Source: a virus (Duplodnaviria > Caudoviricetes). From it: a DNA stretch of 51,359 nt. The notes beneath the pieces were generated by a model. That model had not been told where the DNA came from, did not search any database, and saw nothing but the letters and a program-made list of their open reading frames with translations. The position numbers and the translations under genes were made by a program. The DNA lies in IMG/VR virus record IMGVR_UViG_3300049596_000773, positions 1-51,359 of that record, one strand, 5' to 3'. Shown here piece after piece: positions 37,221-45,849 of the stretch (its first letter is position 1; each line of letters starts with the position of its first letter).

Positions 37221-37673
37221 TTAGGCGGCGAGGGCTGCATTTCTGATCTTGCGAACGGCCAGCATGGCGCTGCCGTCGTCATACGAGCCGACAATGGCGA
37301 TCTCCAGCTCCGGGTTTTCAACGTCCAGCTCGAATGGACCGGCGCGCAGCCAGTCGCGCACGCCGCCCCAGGATTGCGTTTGGATGTGGGCAACGGCTGG
37401 CGCGCCAATCTCCCGACGGCACGTCGTGGCGGTCAGCGTGCCTTTGAATTGCGCGCAAAGCCAGTAGTCGTCTCCGTGCTGATAAACCGGGACCTTCTGC
37501 GGCGCGCAGGTCACATAGTCCGTGTCGGCGGCGTTGTTGCCGTATTGTGTGAATACGTGCTCGGCCTTCAAGGTGAGCGTCCCGACAAGCCGCGAGTGCC
37601 TGCCGTGGGCGTTTGGTTTCCATGCGTATTTTTCCGCAAGTGCGGGCGTGGTTTTGGTTTCGGTAGTGTTCAT
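37221..37673 (-). CDS. Hypothetical early protein
   Basis: ATG directly after an (AAAACC)n leader. Confidence 0.65.
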   Translation of the reverse strand: MNTTETKTTPALAEKYAWKPNAHGRHSRLVGTLTLKAEHVFTQYGNNAADTDYVTCAPQKVPVYQHGDDYWLCAQFKGTLTATTCRREIGAPAVAHIQTQSWGGVRDWLRAGPFELDVENPELEIAIVGSYDDGSAMLAVRKIRNAALAA

Positions 37674-37894
37674 CGGTTTTGGTTTTGGTTTTGGTTTGCG
37701 GTGCGGCGGAATTGCCGTCCCCGTCGCTCCCCGACACTTGCCGGGAAGCGCGTGGGGGCGTCACTTGCGCGTTGCTCTCAGTGTTTTCCAGTCGCACCCT
37801 CGGAGGTCGTGTGCGGCGGCGTAGTCAATCGCATCCTCGGCGGAATCGGCACGCACCACGCACCGAAACCAGCCATCCGTTACAGTCCAGAGGC

Positions 37895-38239
37895 TCATTT
37901 CGCTCCTCCCCTCGCCAGTTGTAGCGCCGCGCGGGCTTCTTCGACCCGCATCTCCACAGACCGGCGCAACGGCTCGCGCAACTGCGCGCTTTCCTTTGCC
38001 CAATCTTCCCACAGAGAAACCACGCTTTCCAGCGCAGCCAGGAGCGCGGGAGCGGCGGCGATGAGCCGGGCGTCGGCGATGCTGCGCGCCGAGTTTATCG
38101 GATGGCAGACTATCGGCTCGCCTCCGCGCCACACAGTATCCACGTTGGCCAGCCAAGGGCCGGGCGTATGCGTTGCAGCCTGCACGGGCTGCGCGTCCGG
38201 CTTTGGTGCCGGGGTCGGTTGGGTTGTGGTCGTGGTCAT
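37895..38239 (-). CDS. HTPGPW-motif phage protein
   Basis: HTPGPW...ADARLIAAAPALLAAL pattern, common in phage accessory genes. Confidence 0.7.
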   Translation of the reverse strand: MTTTTTQPTPAPKPDAQPVQAATHTPGPWLANVDTVWRGGEPIVCHPINSARSIADARLIAAAPALLAALESVVSLWEDWAKESAQLREPLRRSVEMRVEEARAALQLARGGAK

Positions 38240-38433
38240 GTTAGGAGTTTTGCGGGATTTGAACGATTTTCAGGCCAGTGCCGCGCGCGGCACGCTCAAC
38301 ATTGCGCTTTACGGTGTCGCCCCATAACTGCCTGCCATTCGGCCAGATAGCGGCCCAGTAGTGGCCGGGTTTGAGACGTGCCGAACGCGTGCCGCCGGCG
38401 GGCTTGGGAGTGGTGGGTTTGGTTTGCATAAAA

Positions 38434-38772
38434 TCAGGCGGTAACAGGCTCGGCGCAATCGGGCTGCGGTTCCTCGGCGACATTGCAGGCGGCGAGCCAC
38501 ACAAGGCGCGAAAAGTTCGCGTCATCGTCGGCCAGCTCCTCGGCATCCCATGCGCCGTATTCGGACAGCTCGGCTCGGATGCTGTCAGCGGTCGGACTAT
38601 TCGGAAACGCATCCTCGGCGATCTGCGCGCGCACCCTCGGCACCCAGCGGGCAACGTCGGCATCGCAAGGGCCTTGGTGTGAGCAATCGAGAACGCACCG
38701 GCCAGGCAGGCGCAACTCGAAACGATTGAAGGATGCCCAATAAAGGGCGGATGGATTGAGTTCAGTTTTCAT
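38434..38772 (-). CDS. Hypothetical early protein
   Basis: ATG after an AAACCAAAACC leader; ELSEYGAWD...RLVWLAA motif. Confidence 0.65.
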   Translation of the reverse strand: MKTELNPSALYWASFNRFELRLPGRCVLDCSHQGPCDADVARWVPRVRAQIAEDAFPNSPTADSIRAELSEYGAWDAEELADDDANFSRLVWLAACNVAEEPQPDCAEPVTA

Positions 38773-38855
38773 CGGATTTGGTTTTGGTTTGTGCTCGGGC
38801 CGGAATTGACCCGCGCTTGCTCGCCCCCGGACGGCCAGGGGCGAGACGGCGCGGG

Positions 38856-39374
38856 TCAGGCGGCGATTTCCTCCTGCGGCTCGTCCAGCTTTAGCGCCTG
38901 CCAAAGTGGCTTGGCGGTAAAGTGGAGGTCTAGCTCGCCACCCTCGGAGATGATTTCGGCAATGCTGATATAGCCAAGCTCGCCGCCGTCGCCGAAAAGG
39001 TCAGCGTGGCCGAACGCCTGCGACTGTTCGCCGGGCGTGCTATCATCCGGCGCGCCTGCATCGCGCTCGGTGATAAGCCAAGCGGCGCTCCCTCCGGCAA
39101 AGTAGCGCAAGCGCGCCACGGCGCGCATCCCCTGCCCATCGGTTTCGTAGCTTTTCGGCATGGTGCGGATTGTATCGAAAAGCTCGCTGATCTTCGCGCG
39201 GAACCAATCGCCTTCCTCGCCTTTTGCCCCCTCGATCATCGCGGCAAGCTGGCCGTGGCCGATAAAGAAGCGCAAGGCGGAAAGCTGCGCGCTGAGGGTG
39301 GCGGTGCGCGAGGGTTTCGCGCCATCTGTCGGCTGCATCGCGCCGACTGCGTTTTGGTTTGTTGGTGCTGTCAT
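38856..39374 (-). CDS. DUF2958-like protein
   Basis: WLITERD...FG.ADL...ELGYISIAEI...ELDLHF. Confidence 0.65.
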   Translation of the reverse strand: MTAPTNQNAVGAMQPTDGAKPSRTATLSAQLSALRFFIGHGQLAAMIEGAKGEEGDWFRAKISELFDTIRTMPKSYETDGQGMRAVARLRYFAGGSAAWLITERDAGAPDDSTPGEQSQAFGHADLFGDGGELGYISIAEIISEGGELDLHFTAKPLWQALKLDEPQEEIAA

Positions 39375-39380
39375 AAAATT

Positions 39381-40166
39381 TCAGTTGGCCGCGTCCAGCT
39401 CGGCAATCGCCTTTTTCACTTCGCTGTCACTCCCCCAGCGTGTCGCGCTGGTCAGATAGCCTCCGCCTGCATCGTGCTTCGTGTATCCATATTTCGTGGC
39501 GCTGATCTTCGTCACGGCGCGGGCCGGGAAGCGTTCCACAAGGGCGAAAAGTAGGCGGCGGTAAAAGCTGGGGTGTCCGCAAGCGAAAGCGAGGGCGGCA
39601 GGGTGCATCCGGCTCCCGGCTTCCTTCACGCGAATTTCCATCGCGAAAACTGCCGGGCCGTTCTCCTGGCTTCCGATACTCTTTTTCACCCAAAGCTCCA
39701 CGCGATTTCCGCCCGCTTCGATGCGGTTGACAGCGGCACAAACGGCCACGGCATAATCCATAATCGTCTGCCCGCTAACGCCAGACGAAAAGTTGAGGGC
39801 GACATTCACGCGGCGAACGGTTTTTCCTCGAATCATCACGCGCCTGCTTTCCGTCATGTTCTCGGGGTCGCCGCTGCAGAAGCGCGCAACGTCGCAATCG
39901 TCGCCGCTGACATCGTAGCGCGTCACGCTCCGGCGCGTGGCAGTCTTCGCCCCTGCTGCCACCTTGCGAGCCGCTAAAGCCTTCGCCGCCTTTTCCGCGC
40001 CGTCTTTCCATCCGCTGGAAGCGAGGGCCAGCGCGGCAGCAAGGGACGGTGTGCCGAAAAAGCGCTCGTCGCCGGGTCTGTCGCTGGCGCTTCCGGCTCC
40101 GGTCTGCCGGGGCTGCTGGCAGTAGGAAACTACCTCCGCCATGCTTTTTAGGGTGAGCGTGTGCAT
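39381..40166 (-). CDS. vWA-like partner of the AAA ATPase
   Basis: Directly downstream of the MoxR-type ATPase; DVARFCSGDPENM and HPSFYRR motifs. Confidence 0.55.
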   Translation of the reverse strand: MHTLTLKSMAEVVSYCQQPRQTGAGSASDRPGDERFFGTPSLAAALALASSGWKDGAEKAAKALAARKVAAGAKTATRRSVTRYDVSGDDCDVARFCSGDPENMTESRRVMIRGKTVRRVNVALNFSSGVSGQTIMDYAVAVCAAVNRIEAGGNRVELWVKKSIGSQENGPAVFAMEIRVKEAGSRMHPAALAFACGHPSFYRRLLFALVERFPARAVTKISATKYGYTKHDAGGGYLTSATRWGSDSEVKKAIAELDAAN

Positions 40167-40167
40167 T

Positions 40168-41352
40168 TTAGAGAGCCTCCCGGAAAGCGGTTTCAAGGGC
40201 CCGGGCTTCATCTTCCGGCAATCCGCGCGTGATGAGTCCGGGAATCAGCCAATCAATGCCAAGTCCGGCGCGGCAGAGTTTCGCGCCCATAATAGATGCG
40301 CGAGGGGAAACAGTGTGGCGCATCTGGAGCGCTTCGCATTTCGCCCTGGCCGCGAGAACGCCAGCGTGCCACTTCTCCGCGCTCACCACTCCGCCAGCGT
40401 CAAGTTTGCACTCCTGCTGCTGCGGGCCGGCAACGCCTGCGGCTTGCGCCTCCATTGCTTCATCGTAGGGGAACGCGAGGAAAAAGAAGCGGTCGAGCGT
40501 GGAGGCATCTAATTCCATTGCGGCCGTATAGAGATTCGACGCTCCGGTGCCGGCGGTGTTCGCCCCGGCGATGCACCGGAAGTTCTCGTTGCGGGGGATG
40601 ATTCCGGCGGGTGTGCTCATTGAACCGTTGGCAAGCGGTGTGTTGAAGGTGGTCAAGATCGCGCCGTCCGCGCGGTCCATTTCGTCCGCTAGCCACACTC
40701 CGCCGTCCCGATAAAGGCGCACAAGCGAGGTGTCGTGATAGCAGCCGGCGGCGTCGCGATAGCCAAGGAGTTTCGCTTCCGACATTCCTGGGCCGAAAGA
40801 TTGAAACTCGAAGGGCAAAGCAAGGGCGTCCGCTATGGCATGGGCAATGGTGGACTTTCCACCTCCTGCCGGTCCGCACAAGTAGAGCGGGACACCGGAC
40901 GAAACGACAGCACACGCGATAGGGAAAAGCCAATGCTGCCCTTCTACGGTGCGAGTTTGCCCGGCGCTTACTACGTCAACGACAACCCGACGGGGCGCAA
41001 CTTTCGCCGCTTCATCCGCTGCAATGGCGCGCACTGCGTCTTCATCTAGGGGCAAAGCCTGGGGTGTCACACTCTCCATTGCTGCTCTGATAGCATCCGC
41101 CAGCGCTGCGGCGGCATCGCCTCCAGCGCGCACCGTAGCAACGGGACGCGCGGCGGGAAGCGGCAGCAATTCATTCTGTAACGCTGCGAGCAGTTCCGCG
41201 CGGCTCATGGCGGCCACGGTGCTGCTCGGCTCGCCGCCAGCTTCGCGGATGTCTCGGCGAAGATGGGAGCGAAGTCCGGCAACTAGCGCGCTGTCATTCA
41301 CGGCCAAGCGTTCAAGCTCGGCCACGTCGTATGGTTTGGTTAGGTAGTTCAC
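40168..41352 (-). CDS. MoxR/CbbQ/CobS-like AAA+ ATPase
   Basis: GPAGGGKST, WLADEMD, AGANT, LDASTLDRF and SPR motifs. Confidence 0.88.
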   Translation of the reverse strand: MNYLTKPYDVAELERLAVNDSALVAGLRSHLRRDIREAGGEPSSTVAAMSRAELLAALQNELLPLPAARPVATVRAGGDAAAALADAIRAAMESVTPQALPLDEDAVRAIAADEAAKVAPRRVVVDVVSAGQTRTVEGQHWLFPIACAVVSSGVPLYLCGPAGGGKSTIAHAIADALALPFEFQSFGPGMSEAKLLGYRDAAGCYHDTSLVRLYRDGGVWLADEMDRADGAILTTFNTPLANGSMSTPAGIIPRNENFRCIAGANTAGTGASNLYTAAMELDASTLDRFFFLAFPYDEAMEAQAAGVAGPQQQECKLDAGGVVSAEKWHAGVLAARAKCEALQMRHTVSPRASIMGAKLCRAGLGIDWLIPGLITRGLPEDEARALETAFREAL

Positions 41353-41484
41353 AAAAGGAGATTTCCCCGTTTATCTCTACTTGTCTAGCGAATATTTCGC
41401 TGAGTGGATACGATAGTCCACAAGCCGCTGAAACAAAGCCTTTTGCAAGGTCAAAAAAAGTTGCGTTTCGGCATTTTCTGTCAT

Positions 41485-41527
41485 GTGGTCACACGTAGTC
41501 TCGCCCGTGGTCACACGTAGTCACACG
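41485..41527 (+). repeat. Direct repeats GTGGTCACACGTAGTC x2 (GTCACACG x3)
   Basis: Read directly from the sequence, in the divergent intergenic region upstream of the terS candidate. Confidence 0.8.
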
Positions 41528-41563
41528 CTTGCCAAGCTGCCAGTGATGCGCTATCTCACGGCC

Positions 41564-42049
41564 ATGCCAACACCCGCTTCCGCTGTTCCTTGGTCCGATG
41601 TCGAAACTATGGTCAAGGCCGGTATCGGCGTTCGCGAAACCGCGCGCCGGCTCGGACTAGACGAGGAACGGATAAAGCGCCAAGTCTCGCGCAAAGGCTG
41701 GGCTCCCATGTCCCCAGCCGTCAAGCTCCAGCAAGCCGAACAGGCGCTCTCTGTAGTTCGCGAGGAGCTTTGTCCCCAAGTCCCCACGGCTGCCGATATG
41801 CTAGCACAAGCGAACGCGGAGAACTCGCGGCGCGGTCGTGCCGCGCTCCTCCGTGGCGGTGCTGAGGCTGCCGAGGACTGGGCCGCCCTGGACTCGTCTG
41901 AACGCCTGGAGCGCGCTCCACAGGCGGCCAGCCTCACCAAGGTGCTGGCCACCGCTGGCGACTGGGCCAGCAGCCAGCGCGGCAACGTGCGGATCAATAT
42001 CCTGGCCGCTGATCCCTTCGCCCAAGTCCAAATCGAGGCTGATAAATAG
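41564..42049 (+). CDS. Terminase small subunit candidate (N-terminal HTH)
   Basis: W..V......G..VRE.AR..G.....I......KGW HTH pattern, helical middle and C-terminal beta strand VRINIL. Confidence 0.55.
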   Translation: MPTPASAVPWSDVETMVKAGIGVRETARRLGLDEERIKRQVSRKGWAPMSPAVKLQQAEQALSVVREELCPQVPTAADMLAQANAENSRRGRAALLRGGAEAAEDWAALDSSERLERAPQAASLTKVLATAGDWASSQRGNVRINILAADPFAQVQIEADK

Positions 42050-42486
42050 CTAGACCGTAACGTAATAAAACGCCACTCATATAAAGCAGAGGCCAGCTCG
42101 GCACGCGCGAGGGCTGCGCCAGGATGGGTGCCGGTGCGGTGGCAGGGCCGGTGCTAGCACGCGCGGAGAGGGTAAGGAATCCATTATTTTACAGGCCAGC
42201 GCGGAGGGGGCGGGGGAGGGGGCTTTTCCGTGCGTGCGCGTATAGGGGCGTCTCTCCTTCCGTCGAGCAAAATCGACTTTTCTAGTAATTCTAACGGGCC
42301 TGTCCCCGACCGGCACCGTAGCTTCCCCCTGAGCTGCGCTGGTCTGTGAGCTGTCCTGGGGCGTGGGCGGTGGCGGTTGCGAGCACCGTCTAGCACAGTT
42401 TCAACAGTGCCTATTCTTCTTCTTCTGTCTGGGTTGAAAACGCTAAATATGTTGACAAATGTTGAAAGCTGCTATTTACTCTGTAA

Positions 42487-42933
42487 ATGTTCGCTAAAGT
42501 CTTTCAACAAATCTTCGATTCCTCGATTGCCGAGAATTACCGCTATCGGCACATTTTCATGGATATGCTGGTCTTGGCGGACCCGGATGGAGGCATTGAC
42601 ATGACGTTGGAGGCGATAGCGCGAAGGACGAATGTGCCGGTGGATGAGTTGCGGGAGGCGATTACGGCCTTGAGCCTGCCGGATGCGTCGTCGAGGACAC
42701 AGGAGTTTGAGGGGCGGCGGTTGGTGCCGATTGACGCGAAACGAAGCTGGGGCTGGCGGGTGGTTAGCTACGGGCATTACCGGGCGATTCGGGACGAGGA
42801 GACGCGGAGGCAGTATCAGCGGGACTACTACGTTGAGCGGAAGGCGAAGAAGTCGCTGAAAAAGCAGGTTCGGACGGCACGAGACGGCAATCCGCAGGCG
42901 ACCATGACACCGAGGGCACCGCATGAACCTTGA
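42487..42933 (+). CDS. Paralogue of the initiator N-terminal DNA-binding domain
   Basis: Aligns by eye with the 32247 ORF: AK(V/L)F..I..SS, ML..AD..G, PD..S..Q.FEGRR, G.RVV.Y..YR.I. Confidence 0.75.
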   Translation: MFAKVFQQIFDSSIAENYRYRHIFMDMLVLADPDGGIDMTLEAIARRTNVPVDELREAITALSLPDASSRTQEFEGRRLVPIDAKRSWGWRVVSYGHYRAIRDEETRRQYQRDYYVERKAKKSLKKQVRTARDGNPQATMTPRAPHEP

Positions 42934-43279
42934 GGAACGGCAATTCCTGCGCCGGAAACGGCTCTTAAACGCGCCGTTAGGCGTTCCGGGTGGTTGGCTG
43001 AGGGAAGTGAGTGCGGCGGGCAAGGAGGTCCATTCTCTTTACTGCCAGTGCTCGGATTGCTGGAGGCCGGTCACAGATGAGGACAGGGCACGGTGGGAGA
43101 AGAAGCGAATCCACTGAAATTATGACTGCTGAACAGGAAAAACTGATTGAGGACTACATCGCGCATTTCTTCCCTTTTGACGGAAAAAAGTGCGAGTGCG
43201 ACAAGGAGGCTGGCGTAAAGTGCAAGTTTGCCCGATTCACACCGGAAATGTGGGAGCCGCTAACCTCTGGCGATCCAAA

Positions 43280-43537
43280 TCACAGCTTTTCATCCAGCAA
43301 CCGCAGCACGCCGAGCCAGTTCTCGCGCGTCTTGAAATAAATCTCCATCGTGGTCGCGCCGCCCTTCTCGTTCATCAGGTAGATGTCGATGCCGTAGAGT
43401 GAAGTGTCGTCCTTGTAGGCGTAGTAGCCCTTGAAGTCGATCTGGTTGAACGTAAACATCACGTATCCGTCCACATAGACCTTGACCCGCCCGTTGAAGA
43501 TTTTGAAGTCGTAGGTGAATTGAGGCTTGGCTGGCAT
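43280..43537 (-). CDS. Hypothetical aromatic beta-rich protein (85 aa)
   Basis: Good codon pattern on the minus strand; divergent from the gene at 43589. Confidence 0.65.
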   Translation of the reverse strand: MPAKPQFTYDFKIFNGRVKVYVDGYVMFTFNQIDFKGYYAYKDDTSLYGIDIYLMNEKGGATTMEIYFKTRENWLGVLRLLDEKL

Positions 43538-43547
43538 ATCCCCAACT

Positions 43548-43579
43548 CTCCCCTTGACTTTGCCTTTAGTCAAGGGGAG
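43548..43579. promoter_or_regulatory. Perfect 12-bp inverted repeat between divergent genes
   Basis: CTCCCCTTGACT-8 nt-AGTCAAGGGGAG carries TTGACT on both strands. Confidence 0.6.
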
Positions 43580-44039
43580 GTTCGGGCCATGAGCTACGCA
43601 AGAACTGCCAGTCTGCACAGGAATGGCGAAAAATTAGCTGTGCTGGTCGAAGTGGGGGTCCGAGACGAACGCCGCCTGCAAGTCCTGCTGGCTGAAACGC
43701 TCACCGCAATGGCTTCGCTGGAACGGGACGTGGAGAGCATGAGCGATGAGGCTGTCGCCGTGTATCTGGAGCAACGAGCGAGTCAGCATGTGACAATCAC
43801 CCCAAATCCATGACTTCATCACCACTTCCCACCCAAGCCCCCGCCAAGCGCGCCTGGACGCCCCGCCTGAGCGTCGCAGCGCGGTCCCTGACCGTTGGCA
43901 TGTATCTGGACTGCGCTGACCGTGCCGAGGCGCTGTGCGTGCAGGCGTATTGGCGCAATCGTGGTGGCGACACGCGGCGGATGACTGGACCGGACTTTGT
44001 GCGCGTTTGGAGGCTGGCTTGAACGGAATCAAATAGTTG

Positions 44040-44068
44040 TTGCGCGATTGTTTCGCGTGTGTTATACG
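44040..44068 (+). promoter_or_regulatory. Promoter of the RHH-Cas7-like operon
   Basis: TTGCGC-17-TATACG with an overlapping CGCGA-N5-TCGCG inverted repeat. Confidence 0.5.
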
Positions 44069-44076
44069 TTTGTGCA

Positions 44077-44220
44077 ATGAAGAAATTCACTGCCAGTATC
44101 AACACCCGCGTCACTCCGGCGACGCGGGATAACCTCAAGAAAAAAGCGCAACAGCGCAAAATCCGCCTGACCGACATCGCCCGCGAAGCTTTGGAGGAAA
44201 AGGCAAAATCTGACCTATGA
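44077..44220 (+). CDS. RHH-like regulator (47 aa, below the ORF-track cutoff)
   Basis: MKKFTASINTRVTPATRDNLKKKAQQRKIRLTDIAREALEEKAKSDL; ATGA overlap with the next gene. Confidence 0.7.
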   Translation: MKKFTASINTRVTPATRDNLKKKAQQRKIRLTDIAREALEEKAKSDL

Positions 44221-44825
44221 AATCCATCACTACAACGTGGACGGGCATCCGTCCGCTCATCATGTCGAATCCGCAGACCGTGGAAATCGCCAATCCGTTC
44301 GCGGTCAATTCGCGGCGAATCAACAACCTCCTGAAAGCCGCGCGCAAGAAGGGCGACGAAAACCGCATGGCGGAACTTGCCGACGAACAAAAGCGCGGCG
44401 ATTGGGAGGCAAGTGCCTATTGGGACACGAAAGAAAAACGCTTCTTCATTCCTGACACCTGCCTTCTAGCTTGCATCCGCAACGGAGCGGCGGCGGCAAA
44501 GAAGGGCAAGGACATCGACCGCGCCGTGATTATCACGGAAACGGAGGCGATCATCGAAACGGAAATCAAGCACAACAGCCTCGACGCCTACTATGCTGAT
44601 GACGCCTTCCGGCTGGAGTGCCCGGCAAAGGTTCCGCCCAAGACCGGCGCGCTGATATGGAAAGTGCGCTGCATGATGCCGACTGGATGGAAACTCAGCT
44701 TTGGCATCGAGTTTGACGAGAATATCGTCGCCGAGAAGTCGCTCCGCGAGGCGCTGGAATTGGCTGGGCGTCTCAGCGGAATCGGCGGATGGCGTCCCAA
44801 GTTTGGACGATTTTTAGTGAGCTAG
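44217..44825 (+). CDS. Stand-alone Cas7-like RAMP protein
   Basis: N-terminal strand ending GIRPLIM, FIP...L..CI..GA helix, W.LSF.I strand and C-terminal Gly-rich loop AGRLSGIGGWRPKFGRF, matching RAMP/Cas7 topology. Confidence 0.7.
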   Translation: MKSITTTWTGIRPLIMSNPQTVEIANPFAVNSRRINNLLKAARKKGDENRMAELADEQKRGDWEASAYWDTKEKRFFIPDTCLLACIRNGAAAAKKGKDIDRAVIITETEAIIETEIKHNSLDAYYADDAFRLECPAKVPPKTGALIWKVRCMMPTGWKLSFGIEFDENIVAEKSLREALELAGRLSGIGGWRPKFGRFLVS

Positions 44826-45242
44826 GCGAGGTCGGGTTATGCGACGCCTTGCAATGACTGGCCGCACACACCGCGCACGGGAAACCGTGGGCGGCAGTGC
44901 GGCGTGTCATGGAACGGCATGGCGTGGTCAGGCGAAGCGAAGCGGTGACGGGTCCACACACCGCGCTCTTTCGGGAGCGCGGCAGTGGGCGCGGCGCAGT
45001 GGCGCAAGGTGTTGCGTTGCAGCGCATGGCAGCGCGCGGCCTCTCACACCGCATCCGTTCGCGGGTGCGGCAGAGAGGCGCGGATTGGCGCTGCTAGGCT
45101 GGGCGACACATGGCATGCCCCGGCGCGGCGAGGCAAACACACAGCGGCTCACGGGCCGTTGCAGTTTGCCTTGCGCCAATGGGTTAGGCGATGCTGAGCC
45201 ATGACTGGCAATGCACAATCACCCACCTGAGACGTGGGCAGT
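44820..45242 (+). ncRNA. Array of five putative guide RNAs (NGY-NN pentamer tracts plus hairpin)
   Basis: Five units end in an ACACA/AATCA-hairpin-CAG handle (CAG at 44895, 44983, 45071, 45162, 45239). 51 of the 55 pentamers I counted have G at position 2. Confidence 0.8.
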
Positions 45243-45245
45243 TTT

Positions 45246-45713
45246 ATGACAACAGAACCAAACCAAGACAGTTCAGGCGATGCCGTCAGGCTTCCGCTCT
45301 GGAAAAACGCCCTCGACAAAATGCGCGCAACCGGCATCGGCTACGGGGAAGTATTCGACGCCAAGTTCTTCGAGGATGAACTCCGCACCAAACGCGACTC
45401 AATGCAGTTCGGACTCGGCATGTCGGCCATTCGCCGCGAACTGGAAAAGGACGGTTACTACATCACTGGACGCGGACAGAAGGGCAACCAGTTCGTGATC
45501 GTGCCGCCTGAGTCTAACGCTGACGTGATGGGTGGCTACGCCCGGCAGGCGCTAGATTCGCTGAGTCGAGGCTTCATCCTTGGAACCAGCACGCGACTGG
45601 ACACGCTCTCCAAGCGCGACCGCGACCGCCACGAATCGCTGCTGGCAAAAATGGCCACACGATTGGCGTTGCTGAAACTTCCAATTGGAGAAGCGAGAAA
45701 GTTGCTAAAATGA
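45246..45713 (+). CDS. Hypothetical protein downstream of the RNA array
   Basis: ATG directly after the last hairpin; 155 aa. Confidence 0.7.
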   Translation: MTTEPNQDSSGDAVRLPLWKNALDKMRATGIGYGEVFDAKFFEDELRTKRDSMQFGLGMSAIRRELEKDGYYITGRGQKGNQFVIVPPESNADVMGGYARQALDSLSRGFILGTSTRLDTLSKRDRDRHESLLAKMATRLALLKLPIGEARKLLK

Positions 45714-45849
45714 AGCCCCCGCCCATCACCTGCACCCTCTGCGGCGCGCTGGCTCGCCGACATCTGAACCTGTGGCAGTGCCGCCGGAATCCGCGCCACA
45801 TTGCGGACCTGTTGCGCCGGGTCTGGTTCGTGTGCGGAGAGAATGGGAA

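Noticed and set aside
43540-43586. Palindrome as an attC site (CCCAAC...GTTCGGG)
   Set aside because: Too short (about 46 bp) and lacks the bulged L boxes seen in the other sites.
45183-45189. GTTAGGC as another attC core
   Set aside because: No matching inverse core or L boxes; it is simply the pentamers GGTTA-GGCGA.
44820-45242. CRISPR array, or protein-coding ORFs (44839-45204 and antisense)
   Set aside because: There are no identical direct repeats. The 5-nt periodicity is not codon-compatible and the translations are low-complexity R/G/A.
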